Source: Eledone cirrhosa
Lineage: Eukaryota
Reading direction: 5' to 3'
Length of the DNA stretch: 64,000 nucleotides
NCBI GenBank assembly: GCA_964016885.1
Contig: OZ024741.1
Coordinates: forward strand, 80,910,001 to 80,974,000
Made by a program: the position numbers and the translations under genes
The notes under the pieces: model-generated
Databases searched by the model: none
The model's input: the letters and a program-made list of their open reading frames with translations, nothing else
What the model was told of the DNA's origin: nothing
Shown: in pieces, positions 1-13,052 of the stretch
Position numbering within the stretch: position 1 is the first letter of the stretch
Layout of the letters: each line of letters opens with the position of its first letter

Positions 1-200
1 AGAAAAAGTAGAAGGGTAGGTGGCGAATCTTTTTTCTATTAGTAATTTGTATGTTGGTGGTGGTGGTGGTGGTGGTGGTGGTGGTGTTAGTGTTGCAGAG
101 AAAAGTGATTCATTATATAGATGAACAAATAAAACAAAACAAACACAGGGATGCAAAAATACAAAGTCTTACTAGGAGCCCAATTATATATATGTATATG

Positions 201-285
<85 letters not shown>

Positions 286-330
286 TATATATATATATAT
301 ATATATAACTATATATATAACTATATATAT

Positions 331-439
331 AAGCCATACAAAACTGAAAAGGTGGTCAAGAAAGCATTAACCACCCAAGCCAAAAACCAAATCAAGCTAA
401 ACAGGTCAAAACAAAATAAATGATAAAAAATAAGTGTTA

Positions 440-515
<76 letters not shown>

Positions 516-747
516 TAACACTTATTTTTTATCATTTATTTTGTTTTGACCTGTTTAGCTTGATTTGGTTTTTGGCTTGGGTGGTTAATGCTTTCTTGAC
601 CACCTTTTCAGTTTTGTATGGCTTCTTAACACATTGTTTAGCTCTGGTTTTTAACTATTGAGCACTTAGCCAGTATCATTTCTGATTTTTGCGTTTCGCT
701 TCGCTTTTCCTGCCCGCCGAAAATGCGATTCTCGCTGAATCTTTATT

Positions 748-749
<2 letters not shown>
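331..749. mobile_element. Inverted-repeat insert in (TA)n, probable PLE pLTR end: arms 331-444 / 511-624 around a (TA)n centre, tail to ~749
   Basis: Arms are exact reverse complements (ORF track gives near-identical peptides on both strands); (TA)n on both flanks; same arm+tail layout as HHR-bearing inserts, but no HHR seen here. Confidence 0.6.
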
Positions 750-800
<51 letters not shown>

Positions 801-803
<3 letters not shown>

Positions 804-1213
804 ATCAAAAGATGGTTAAAAGAGTTTTCCATGTATTTTATTATGCGCATTTCAAAAACAAATATCATCAAGCAATAACATTTGCGTTTTCGTCAGATAA
901 AATAGGGAGACATGATATGAAGGTTAAAACACACTTGTGAATAGTGCAGTTTTAAATCAACATATAAATTGCACTATTCACAAGTGTGTTTTAACCTTCA
1001 TATCATGTCTCCCTATTTTATCTGAAGAAAACGCAAATGTTATTACATCATGATATTTGTTTTTGAAATGCGCATAATAAAATTCATGGAACTCTTTTAA
1101 CCATCTTTTGATCTTATATATTATTATTTATACTCCAATCCTACAAACTGTATAGTGCTACTTATCCAATATTTGCATTGCTTTATTGTACTACAATAAA
1201 ACTCACCTCCTAC
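801..1213. mobile_element. PLE pLTR hairpin insert (arms ~801-948 / 970-1115, tail to 1213) with a hammerhead motif in each arm
   Basis: TTTTAT CTGAAGA ... GAAA TGCGCA TA ATAAAA at ~1016-1082 and mirror copy (CTGACGA) on minus; (TA)n flanks. Confidence 0.75.
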
Positions 1214-1671
1214 ATATATATATATATAATATATATGGGATGACGCTGGTACGATGTGTGTATTTTTTTTTTAAATGCAACACGTGCTTCTAGTGATTCA
1301 CAGACTTGCATTTGCTGTGTAAACACAGATAGTTAAATCTTCTCTTTTGCTGACGATACGGGATTTGACTACTGTGATTTACCGATTGATGGTGAAATAT
1401 ATTTCTTTAATTAGTGAAATATATACAAAGGAGATTAATCATTTTTGAAGTTCTCGTTAAACTTTAATTAGTTACCTATCTAGCTGTGTGTGCTTTCACT
1501 CTTTACAAATTATCTCCTGTGATTGTTTCATATGTTTATTTTATATATATATATGTCAATCGATTTCTAGTTGGTATAAATGCTCAGATCTATTCATTGG
1601 AATCTTTGAGCATATTCTACAAAGGCTATGGCACATGTCTCTCAGACATGACACTCTTAATTTAATTTTGG

Positions 1672-1719
<48 letters not shown>

Positions 1720-1744
1720 AATTTATATCTAGTAACATTTATAT

Positions 1745-2109
1745 ACACACAGATGCATATCAATGCTAGCAAATATATAGGTTTTGTCTTATTAACAATG
1801 TGGTTCAATGCATGGGGTTGCAGAACAATAATAATAATATGAGAGACGTAAAATAAGAAAATTATAAAATTAACTTACTTACTAAAATCCAGTCCACGCT
1901 TCGCTATTTCCATTCCACTGAATTATTTTTTAAATAAGTTTCCAGTGTCCTCGCTATGCCTGGAGACCTATACGGAAAAAGACTTTCCTGATGACGGAAT
2001 GATTTTCTATATGTTTCTTCGGAAAATATATTTACTCCATTCCAGAAACTAATTAGTTGGAAGTGATTTTTTAGTAAGTAAGTTAATTTTATAATTTTCT
2101 TATTTTACG

Positions 2110-2120
<11 letters not shown>
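1745..2120. mobile_element. PLE pLTR insert with ~50-bp inverted arms (1840-1888 / 2069-2120) and degenerate HHR; sister copy at 63331-63775
   Basis: GACGTAAAATAAGAAAATTATAAAATTAACTTACTTACTAAAA and its reverse complement; CTGATGA...GAAA at 1988-2025. Confidence 0.6.
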
Positions 2121-2176
<56 letters not shown>

Positions 2177-2270
2177 TATTGCAGCAAGAAAATATAGACT
2201 TGTGCTTATATATGTAAAAGGCAAACAGAAATTATAAAACAAATGACACAGTATACGGAAGAAATATAAA

Positions 2271-2306
2271 GTCTTAACGCTTCGGACACTAGTCCTTCAT
2301 CAGAAG
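2271..2306 (-). ncRNA. Minimal type-I hammerhead ribozyme, family A (GAAA mutated to GAAG)
   Basis: Minus strand TCTT CTGATGA A GGAC TAGT GTCC GAAG CG TT AAGA; paralogs at 9413, 33505, 53366, 59081. Confidence 0.6.
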
Positions 2307-2422
2307 ATAGAGTTAGAAATAGAAGGAAGAGGCAGGATTGGAGGAAATGAGGAAAAAAAAGGGGAGAAAAAAGAACACTCGAGCGTATTCAGTTACCCAT
2401 CTTGGATATATATATATATATA

Positions 2423-2628
2423 TAACGAAGGAAATGTGGTAAGGAATCAGGTGGACCATAACGCACCAAAGTACTCAATACTTAGGGTAGTAGAGTGGGT
2501 AATAGGAACGAGTAGGACCCCGACGGCTGAGCTCAAGCCGTTTCGACGACTAATTCTGGACTAAAAGATTTTAGTCCAGAATTAGCCGTCGAAACGGCTT
2601 GAGATCAGCCGTCGGGGTCCTACTCGTT

Positions 2629-2632
<4 letters not shown>
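2423..2632. mobile_element. PLE pLTR palindrome (2502-2632) with tail on minus strand (2423-2501), family B
   Basis: Near-perfect palindrome containing HHR 3' half GAAA CGGCT..AGCCG TC GGGGT; same family at 39218, 39438-40830, 54160, 63820. Confidence 0.75.
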
Positions 2633-2668
<36 letters not shown>

Positions 2669-2862
2669 TTTGGACGTGCATTTACATATCTGAGGAGCTC
2701 CTGATTCCAAGTCAGGAACGAACATAATTCGATCGTTCCACGAGCTGATCGATAGGGAAACATATGTAATATGTAATTAAATATGTATATGATTCTTAGT
2801 TCCTATTGGAATTCTATAAGAATCCAGCTTCTATGATTTTCGGCAAAAGCAGAGAAATACGT

Positions 2863-2903
2863 GGCTCTGATGAATGCCAACCAATGTGAACAGACTGTCA
2901 GCT
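2863..2903 (+). ncRNA. Degenerate type-I HHR (C3-G8 core), paralog of 28607-28651
   Basis: GGCT CTGATGA ATGC CAACCA ATGT GAA CAGACTG TC AGCT; upstream flank GGAATTCTATAAGAATCCA shared with the 28.6 kb copy. Confidence 0.55.
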
Positions 2904-3054
2904 TTTCTCCCTTCTTTCGCCGAAAAGAAGTGACATAGTCACTACTTTAAAACTGATAGCGTATGGTCTTCTAAATATCTTTAATTAACATACGGTATAT
3001 TGCCAAATATACTATACATACATTCATGTATACATCGCTATTTCAGAGCACCAA

Positions 3055-3414
3055 TCCTTATATATATATATATATATAAATAAAACAGAGGATGTCTGTC
3101 TGTCTGTTTCCCTAAAACTCGATAAGTACCCAACCGTTCTTTTTCAAACTTTACACATGTAATACTTATGGTCCTATTGAGTGTTCTGAGCAAAATAAAT
3201 TTCAAATTTTCAATGCCCTAGGGACCGCATTAGGCGATTTAGCGTTAGTTTAATATATATATATAATTATATATTCATGGACAGATATTTTTGCATACAC
3301 AATAACAAAATATGAACAAACGTATTTATTTCACGAGGCTCGATAAGGATAAATATATATCAAATATATAAGAACCCTAGAACAAATCCCGAGCAACGCC
3401 GGGCCATTCTGGTA

Positions 3415-3415
<1 letters not shown>
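3055..3415 (+). mobile_element. Non-autonomous Helitron-like element, interrupted by a repeat fragment (~3250-3385, related to 31381-31440)
   Basis: 5' TC..(TA)n..CTGTCTGTC head; 3' hairpin CCCGAGCAACGCCGGG (3388-3403), identical to that of the 19638-20530 element; degenerate CTAG end (GTAG|T). Confidence 0.65.
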
Positions 3416-3513
<98 letters not shown>

Positions 3514-3883
3514 ATGGCGAGCTGTGTTGTTGCAAATAAGTACAATGAAAAATGAAAAATTAGAAATAGAAGCTAGGACTATCCATCATCAGTTGTCTAC
3601 GAGGCATCATAGGTATATCTCCGCCTAGGGCGATACAATAACTAAAATAAGTTATTGGGATAAAAAGAGTTGGGTGGAGAAAGAGAAAGACATGTGAACA
3701 GACACGAATGGTGAGGCAACGTAAAGAGAGGAAAATATGAAAAAATCAAGTCAATAATTCATTTCGAAAATAAGAACGGGCGAATTTTGACGACGAGAAA
3801 AAGACGGCTTGACCGTACGGGTGTGAGTGAGAAGAAAGACCCCGTACAGTGTTGGACGATGGAGGAAATTTTTCCTTTTTCAT

Positions 3884-4048
<165 letters not shown>

Positions 4049-4297
4049 CACGTGAAGTTGTATAGCTGGCGACATACGGTATGTTTATAAATAAATATTT
4101 TGAAAGCCTTCCGTTATGAATTTAAAAACTGACAGCATAGCGCCATCTAGTGTGTTCCAACAGAAGTCATCATTCCTAATTTGGTCGTTATCAAACTGGT
4201 ACTGCCGACAAAGACTTCAAAATGTTTATTTATAAACATACCATATGTCGCCAGATATACGTATTTCATATACAAAGCTATGTTAGAGTTAATGCCC

Positions 4298-4330
<33 letters not shown>

Positions 4331-4353
<23 letters not shown>

Positions 4354-4760
4354 TATGTATACGTACATACATATATGTATACAGACGTACAGTAGTATAT
4401 ATATATATATATACATACATGCACACATATATATATGTACGTATGGATTCACCGAACATTTATTATAATGCTCGGTGTGGAAGGTATACGTTGCTGACGA
4501 TAGCTAATAAGCTTGAAACTAGCAACGATGGTTGCTGGACACTACGGCTTAATTCGGGATGTTTGTTTACAAACATACCGAGCATTATAATAAATGTTCG
4601 GTGAATCCATACGTACATATATATATATGTGCATGTATGTATATATATATACATACTACTGTACGTCTGTATACATATATGTATGTACGTAAACATACTT
4701 ATATTTAAGTAACAGCTGTACTAAGAGTGAGAAATGAAATTTCGTTTCATTTTTTCCGTT
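4331..4760. mobile_element. PLE-like pLTR hairpin insert (arms 4331-4476 / 4577-4700) with degenerate minimal HHR in the spacer
   Basis: Inverted arms; GTTG CTGACGA TAGCT AATA AGCTT GAAA CTAG CAAC at ~4490-4527 (cleavage triplet appears missing). Confidence 0.6.
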
Positions 4761-4851
4761 TATATATATATATATATAACTTTAGGTAAAAGACATTTCA
4801 CCATATTGTTGATGATCAGTACATAATAATTCTTATTTGTTGTGGCATGGT

Positions 4852-5037
4852 CGATTGGCAGTGTCGGTAGAGAGTCGGAAGCCATGCTTTGACGCATGGA
4901 GTTACGGCACTTGCCATTCTGAGTTCAAATCCCGCCGATGTTAACTTTGCCTTTCATCCTTAAGGGGTCGATAAAATAAAGTACCAGTAATGCACTGGGT
5001 AATTGCTGGCCTTGTGCCAAATGTAGAAACAATTATT
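4852..5037 (+). mobile_element. tRNA-derived SINE (main family of this window)
   Basis: A-box TGGCAGTGTCGG, B-box GAGTTCAAATCC, body TTGCCTTTCATCCTT..GGGGTCGATAAAATAAAGTACCAG; multiple copies in window. Confidence 0.85.
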
Positions 5038-5293
5038 GAGACTGATTTCCTGCGGTATAAAGGTTAAGCGAGCACACACACTACACACACAGTCACACAT
5101 ACGCGCGTGTGCACACACACAGACACACACACATAGATGTACACATATACACACACATATACACACACACATACATGCACACACACACACATAAAGTTTT
5201 CCTTAAAAAAATGTTTTTCGTTTTGTTTAGTTTCCATTCATTGTCTTGTCCTCTGTTAATTTTCTTAAGTCTCTCCCTCATCCTCCCTCTACT

Positions 5294-5446
<153 letters not shown>

Positions 5447-5559
5447 ATGTATATATAAATATTTACAAAAATATAAAAATATTTTAGCTTGTATCCCAAC
5501 AAATTAAATATAACCTCTACATATATGTACACGTATATATATGTATATGTATATTTATG

Positions 5560-5633
<74 letters not shown>

Positions 5634-5737
5634 CGTGTGTATATATATATATACATTTTTTTTTCCAAACAAGATATTATCACAATAAGAATATTTCCCT
5701 GGAGAAATTACTACGCGCGTGTGCGTGTGAGTATATA

Positions 5738-5825
<88 letters not shown>

Positions 5826-5924
5826 CATATATATATAGACAAATACATAGTTCCAAGTAAGCTAGGCTAGAAGGTTTTTCGGCAAAGACATTCATTATTT
5901 TACAGAAGAAAGGTAAATAGAATG

Positions 5925-5964
5925 AACAGGTAAGAGAGATAAAGAGGGTGAGAGAGAGGGATAG

Positions 5965-5995
<31 letters not shown>

Positions 5996-6733
5996 GGTGA
6001 GAGAGAGAAAGAGAGAGAGAGAGAGAGGGGATAGAAAGATTGATAGATATGTAGATGGTGAGAGTGAGAGAGAAGGAGAGAAAGAGAAATACTTAGAAAA
6101 AGCTACATAAAGTTAAAGACAGAGAAAGAGAGTGAGAGAGGTAGAGAGAGAGAGAGTGAGAGAGATAGAGATGAAGAAATAGGATAGATAGATGGTGTGT
6201 GTGTGAGAGAGAGCAAGAGAGAAAGAGAGAGAGAGAGAGGTAGAGAGATAGAGTGAGAGAGAGAGAGAGATGAAGAAATAGGATAGATAGATGGTGTGTG
6301 TGTGAGAGAGAGAGAAAGAGAGAAAGAGAGAGAGAGAGAGAGAGGTAGAGAGATAGAGGTAGAGAGATAGAGTGAGAGAGAGAGAGAGATGAAGAAATAG
6401 GATAGATAGATGGTGTGTGTGTGAGAGAGAGAAAAAGAGAGAAAGAGAGAGAGAGAGAGAGGTAGAGAGATAGAGTGAGAGAGAGATAGAGATGAAGAAA
6501 TAGGATAGATAGATGGTGTGTGTGTGAGAGAGAGAGAAAGAGAGAAAAAGAGAGAGAGAGAGGTAGAGAGATAGAGGTAGAGAGATAGAGTGAGAGAGAG
6601 AGAGAGATGAAGAAATAGGATAGATAGATGGTGTGTGTGTGAGAGAGAGAAAAAGAGAGAAAGAGAGAGAGAGAGAGAGGTAGAGAGATAGAGTGAGAGA
6701 GAGATAGAGATGAAGAAATAGGATAGATAGATG

Positions 6734-6772
<39 letters not shown>

Positions 6773-6910
6773 GGGGAGAAATACTTAGATACATACAGAA
6801 AACGCTACACAAATGTTAAAGACAGAGAGAGAGATAAAGAGAGAGATAAAGAGAGAGAGAGACCGAGATAGATAGATAGAGTGAGAGAGAGGGAGAGTGA
6901 GATAGAGAGA
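5925..6910. repeat. GA-rich compound minisatellite, ~6 units of ~100-120 bp
   Basis: Unit anchor GATGAAGAAATAGGATAGATAGATGGTGTGTG at ~6170, 6269, 6388, 6491, 6606, 6709. Confidence 0.85.
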
Positions 6911-6960
6911 AAGAGATAGTGAGATATATATATATAGAGAGAAATATATATAGATATATA

Positions 6961-7455
6961 TAAAATAAAGTTAAATAAAAGTCAAATGATTAAAATTTAG
7001 CTTCGTTTATGACTGCTATATATATTTCAGTGACAGCCATCTTTGGCAGTTTGAATTAGTGTGGTATAGACAAGTACATATGTTGTTTAGGTGTATAATA
7101 TTGTCAATACTCTGATATGCCCAGTTCCTTGTTGGGTTGTTATTTCACTGAGGAAATAACAACCCAACAAGGAACTGGGCATATCAGAGTATTGACAATA
7201 TTATACACCTAAACAACATATGTACTTGTCTATACCACACTAATTCAAACTGCCTGAAGAGGTCACAGCCAAAGATGGCTGTCACTGAAATATATATAGC
7301 AGTCATAAACGAAGCTAAATTTTAATCATTTGACTTTTTATTTAACTTTATTTTACACTACTCCGGAGTAACCAAACCAACCTGCGCACTTCGTCGAGTG
7401 CTCCAGCCTGCATACTGAGGTGTTGGTATACAACCAACATAAAATCAAAATCTCT
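6961..7455. mobile_element. PLE pLTR palindrome (6961-7355, 6-nt apex at 7147-7152) with tail
   Basis: Arms essentially identical except a 16-bp deletion in the left arm; HHR ACTGC CTGAAGA ... GAAA TATATA TA GCAGT at 7249-7303. Confidence 0.8.
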
Positions 7456-7760
7456 ATATATATAGAGAGAGAGAGATATATATAAAAGAGAGAAAGCATG
7501 ACGATAAGACACCACATTGGAAACAAGGAATCATATTGGCAAACTGGGAAGGTGGTGCTTTATTTGTTGAGAACGAGGATATTGGCGACGTTTTAAAAAT
7601 TGATATCCACCAAATCTAATTACCTATGCAGGTGCGTGTGAGTGTGTATTAGAAACCTGTATTAGTATATACACGTGTATCTAGACATCTAGAAATTGGC
7701 ACTGTGATACTTGTATAAGCATAATCCCATAATATATATATACATACATACATACATACA

Positions 7761-7889
<129 letters not shown>

Positions 7890-8211
7890 TATATATATAT
7901 ATATATACAGTATATATATATATATATATGTATGTATATATGTATGTATATATATATATCCTCATATATGTGTGTGTGTGTGTGTATGTGTGTGTGTGCA
8001 TATATACTTATTATATACACTCAGGCGCACACACCCATATATATATATATATGCTAGTATATATATATATATATACATATATATACATATTCATTAATTT
8101 GCTACTATATATATATATATACATACATATATATACATATATATACATATTCATATAAATACATACACACACACATATATATATATATATACCTATTTCT
8201 CTCTCTCTCTC

Positions 8212-8252
<41 letters not shown>

Positions 8253-8787
8253 ATATACATACACACACACATATAATATATATTTATATATATTATACGT
8301 GGGTCTTCTGTTGACGTGAAGCTTATTTAATAAATGAAAAGAGGACAGGCGAAATGTTTACAGTATTAAGGTTATGACTGTGGCATGTGTGTACATGTGT
8401 ACGCATGGGTATGTGTATACACACACACACACACACAAATATATATGTGTGTACGAACGCATCTATGTACGAACGCATGTGCGTTTGGATATATTTACAT
8501 ATGTATATTCACATAGATGTATATATGAATGTGGTGGGGGTGGGGCGGGGGTAAAAAGGTGGTTTATATTTGATTTTTTTCTTTTGATTTTATATTAGTT
8601 GTTGCTTTATATATTCCTATGTGACATTTCTACATCGTATATCTAATATATTGGTTAGATTCGGTAGCATGTGAGTGGAATATGCATTTCAGAGCAAGAC
8701 CGCAATGGTGTTCTGCCGACGTTAAGTTTCTGTGTCTTTTTAGATCAAGCCTGTCACATCATGCATTCCAAATTTCTCTACATTTAC

Positions 8788-8821
<34 letters not shown>

Positions 8822-8858
8822 CGTGTGTGTGTCTATGTATATATTTATACACACACGT

Positions 8859-8889
<31 letters not shown>

Positions 8890-8968
8890 CATATATTGAT
8901 ATATGCATATATATATATATATAGTGACGAAACATAAGTCAATTGCATGAACTCATAATCCTTTATTT

Positions 8969-9024
8969 ACTGCTATATATATTTCGATGATAGCCATTGA
9001 ATGGCTATGACCTCATCAGGCAGT
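8969..9024 (-). ncRNA. Type-I hammerhead ribozyme, intact core (same family as 7249-7303)
   Basis: ACTGC CTGATGA GGTC ATAGCCAT TCA ATGGCTAT CATC GAAA TATATA TA GCAGT. Confidence 0.75.
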
Positions 9025-9082
9025 TAGTCAGTTCTTAGATATGCCAGCTCTGTGTTTATAGTGTTGATGGTATCAGAGCCTT

Positions 9083-9213
<131 letters not shown>

Positions 9214-9412
9214 CATTCAAAATGTTAATAAATGAAAAATATTCTCAGAAACAAAATATATATTTTATTATACATATTTCAAAGGTACAATGGTGTTTAA
9301 GTACGTTTTCATCAGACAAAATATAAGATTTGATATGCGACATACTGCTACGGTTTTGATTATTCAATTCCAGTATTGCCAATACTGGAATTTATATTTA
9401 TTTCTCATTCTT

Positions 9413-9448
9413 TCTTCTGATGAAGGACTAGTGTACGAAACGTTAAGA
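9413..9448 (+). ncRNA. Minimal type-I HHR, family A
   Basis: TCTT CTGATGA A GGAC TAGT GTAC GAAA CG TT AAGA. Confidence 0.65.
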
Positions 9449-9532
9449 CCCTTTTCCTGGTATATCAAGCGTTAACCTAATATATACCTTCCATATACTG
9501 TACCGATTGTGTTGTTATTTCTGTTTACCTTT

Positions 9533-9577
<45 letters not shown>

Positions 9578-9772
9578 GATATTAAACAAATGGAAACTAT
9601 ATTTATAAAACCATATTTATTTCATTATACATATTTCAGGGATACCATATTAAAAATATGGCATGCCTTCTTCAGATAAAATACAATATATAAGCAGTTT
9701 TATAAATAAATTTGACGTACCATAAATATTGTTCAACTTCCATTTAAAAAAGTTGGTTTGGTAGTGAAATGA

Positions 9773-9937
9773 GGGATTCCTTTTAATTCCTCATCTGAGA
9801 CATGTGACCTCTGCGTGGAGGAGATATTCTTTATATTAAAATCTAAAAATTCCCTTAATCTAAGGAGCAATTTATTCAGTTGCTGCAGACATAGATTGAA
9901 CTCAACGTTTAAATATAAATATAAATTTAAAATGTAG
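9773..9937 (+). pseudogene. C-terminal fragment of PLE GIY-YIG endonuclease (not in ORF track)
   Basis: Manual translation GIPFNSSSETCDLCVEEIFFILKSKNSLNLRSNLFSCCRHRLNSTFKY; matches C-terminus of the 21847-22416 ORF (CRLCNVELFCI..LNNR..CNHRLKSTF). Confidence 0.75.
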
Positions 9938-10769
9938 TATATTTAGTTAAGATATTTAATTAATTATGAAACCTGACGATAAATCTTTCGATTCCTTCAA
10001 CATTTTCTTTTTAAACCTTCTTCATAAATATATACTAATGATGTAATTAAACTACCCTAAAATGTTGATGCTCCCAATCTATTGAATAAATTTTACGCTA
10101 GATAAACTTCTATACTAATTATAAGAGCATCTGTAGAACAACAGGGTCTCCTAAATCTTTTAAATGATTTCTGCTAGATAAGTCTTGTTGAATAATTTTG
10201 ATTTTTTGTTTGCTTTTGATTCTGATTGCTTCTAATGAACTTGGCAATATATTGTCAGATAAATTGGAAGGGTTGATTTCTGTGGTTGATATGGGGCGCC
10301 TACTGTGTTTTTTTTAAGGCCCTAGATACTCTAGGGAGTGATGAAAGTATTCTTAGCGTTTTGATATATTAATATCTGTTGTCTATTCTATACATGAACG
10401 ATAATCATGTATGTGAGTGCAGGAATATTAATATTAATATATATTTTTATGTATGTGTATGTATGTATATATATATATAGTAAAATCTTTTATAACGCAA
10501 GGGAAAATTTTTTCATGTGAAATAAGAAATTACAGAGCTGATCACGTAAGTTCACGTGTATATCTATAGTGTCAACTAGAACTTGAGATGACCTTCTCTT
10601 TTTCTTTTTCTCTTTCTTGCTTTTTTCCGGAAAGTACATATATACTTATGTATTTTTGAAGTTTTATCTCAGTTTTTGATATATCGACCTAAGAATTTTT
10701 AAACTAAACATATGGTCATTATTTTTCACACATTATATATCTATGTCTCATTGATGAATATTGATATTT

Positions 10770-11146
10770 ACAAGAAATGTATAACCTGTAAAATAAGCCC
10801 CCATATTAACTGTAAAACTAGAAATGTAGTGTATAGCATAAGATGTACTGAAGGTCAATGTAGAAACAAAAATATAGTGTACATAGGTGAGACAGCTCGT
10901 AGTATAGGGGAACGAATAAATGAACACTGGCGAGACCTCCAAGATAATAAAGAATCATCTGTGCTCTACCAACATGCTAAGATAGAACACAGGGGTAGAT
11001 TAGAGAGCATAGAAATAAAAATAGAATCCACACACAGAAAAGACGCAATGTTTAGGCAAATTACAGAGGCAGTAAGCATAAAAGAATTAAAACCAAAATT
11101 AAATAGAAAATATGAGTGGAACAGCAACATCACAACTTACAACTAA
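10770..11146 (+). pseudogene. PLE GIY-YIG endonuclease fragment (Naiad-like, tentative); element extends to ~11720
   Basis: CITC..NCKTRNVVYSIRC..YIGETARSIGERINEH..RQITEAVSI..PKLNRKYEW; close paralog of 35939-36754. Confidence 0.85.
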
Positions 11147-11453
11147 GGACAAAATGAAAACACACACACACATAGAACAAACAACTTACAATTGAAAACA
11201 CACACAAAATGAAAACACACACAGGACAAAATGAAAACACACACACACATAGAACAAACAACCAACCAACAATAAATAAATAAATAAATAAACAAATAGA
11301 AAAATATAAATAGAAAAATAGAAAAATGAACACAAACACATACAGACACCCGGATGTGGCGCATGCGCAAACTGAGCACACAACACACACACAGAAACAA
11401 AATGGCGTAGGATAGAAGAAAGGAAAGGCACAGAAACGAAGAAAGGAATCCCC

Positions 11454-11498
11454 AGTCACTGAAGAGGTCACAGAGTGTGTGACGAAAGGACTATGACT
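11454..11498 (+). ncRNA. Minimal type-I HHR in 3' region of the nested PLE
   Basis: AGTCA CTGAAGA G GTCAC AGAGTGT GTGAC GAAA GGAC TA TGACT. Confidence 0.7.
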
Positions 11499-12404
11499 AT
11501 ATATATAAACAACTATCTGGTTGTGGAACCAACCAACCAGAAATTTATAAGTTTGTAAATTTGTAAATTTATAAATATATAATAAATTGAAGTGAAAGCA
11601 ACTGGTGCGTGTGTTTCTTATTGGCAACATGACCCTCCCAAAGTATAACAATATCGGTTTCAACACACGATTTCAGATAAAGAATCTTGCTAAACAAATT
11701 CAGAAACGAGATATTTACATTATAATACCCAATTCATATGAATTGATAATTCAAACTGATAGGACATAACGTAAAGTTATAAATCTGTCATCCTTCTCTC
11801 TAGATATAACTCTTTCTTCTCCACCCTCTATACATGATGAAATTTAAGTATCGCTGTTTTCTCTTTATTTTTTTCTCTCCGTCTCCTTAACACTATAACT
11901 AAATAAATAATTACAGTACTCCCACCCTCCTAAATCTCTCAATTTGTATGATGAATTATTATTATTGTTATTCATCTGTTGCCTCAGCTGCCTCTCATTT
12001 TTCACCACCTCACTATTTCTCTCTCCCATATCTCTCTCTATCTCTCTCTGTTTTTCTTTACATACATTTATTCCTTCTCTCCGTCTTTCTTTTTAACTGT
12101 GCTTAACACTAAATATTTACAAACATTTCACTACCAAACCAACTTTTTTAAATGGAAGTTGAACAATATTTATGGTACGTCAAATTTATTTATAAAACTG
12201 CTTATATATTGTATTTTATCTGAAGAAGACATGCCATATTTTTAATATGGTATCCCTGAAATATGTATAATGAAATAAATATGGTTTTATAAATATAGTT
12301 TCCATTTGTTTAATATCGTATATCTACTCCAAAACTTGTTGAGTGCTTTATATCAGTTATAAAATATTTACTCGTTGTAACCCAACAATTTTAAATAAAA
12401 GTTT

Positions 12405-12443
<39 letters not shown>

Positions 12444-12464
12444 GCATAGATATAGATTTACGCA

Positions 12465-12512
<48 letters not shown>

Positions 12513-12529
12513 CATATATGTATACATTT

Positions 12530-12600
<71 letters not shown>

Positions 12601-12611
12601 TGTATACATTT

Positions 12612-12716
<105 letters not shown>

Positions 12717-12729
12717 CATACATATATAA

Positions 12730-13030
12730 ACCTGACACTCCGTCGGTTACGATGACGAGTGTTGCAGGTGATACGATAAACAGAACAGCCTGGTCACGAA
12801 ATTAACTTGCAAGTGGCTGACCATTCCACCCCACGCGTACCTTTAACATAGTTCGCAGGGAGATTCAGCCTGACACAGAATGTGACAAGGGTGGCCCATT
12901 GATTTACATTACAACTCATTTTTGCTAGCTGGTGCAACGTGAAATATAGTGTCTTTTCTCAATGACACAACTCGCCGCCAGGAATCGAATTTACAACTGT
13001 ACGACCACCAGCCGAATTCCTTAATCACTA
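12730..13030 (-). mobile_element. tRNA-derived SINE, second family (CORE/V-like body), decayed
   Basis: Minus strand TAGTGATTAAGG...AATTCGATTCC then TGTGTCATTGAGAAAAGACACT; related fragments near 56060 and 57590-57725. Confidence 0.6.
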
Positions 13031-13052
13031 ATATACATTTATATATATATAT

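Larger units (their letters stand above)
9576..12407 (+). mobile_element. 5'-truncated Penelope-like element: inverted pLTR (9576-9770), EN remnant, long 3'UTR, pLTR (12125-12320) and tail; contains a nested PLE
   Basis: ~195-bp near-identical inverted arms, each with TATTTTAT CTGAAGA...GAAA TATGTA TA ATGAAATA; (TA)n flanks. Confidence 0.8.

Noticed and set aside
801-1115. Hairpin inserts as MITEs/foldback DNA transposons or miRNA precursors
   Set aside because: Arms are asymmetric (tail on one side), inner breakpoints vary between copies, and the same arm families form the 3' ends of PLE coding fragments (12125-12320, 37040-37097, 59299-59370).
1349-1410. Additional weak HHR-like cores (1349, 9975, 13617, 14340 minus, 26715, 31480 minus, 57563)
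   Set aside because: Core or stems are too degenerate to support individually; some may be decayed pLTR ribozymes.
4852-4935. tRNA genes at A/B-box sequences
   Set aside because: No cloverleaf; each is followed by the same SINE body.
6093-6812. 239-aa Ser/Leu-rich ORF
   Set aside because: Translation of the GA/CT minisatellite.
10712-11146. Stand-alone GIY-YIG homing endonuclease genes (also 18110, 21847, 61937)
   Set aside because: They are 5'-truncated PLE ends followed by a 3'UTR and HHR; the annotated starts come from unrelated flanking sequence.
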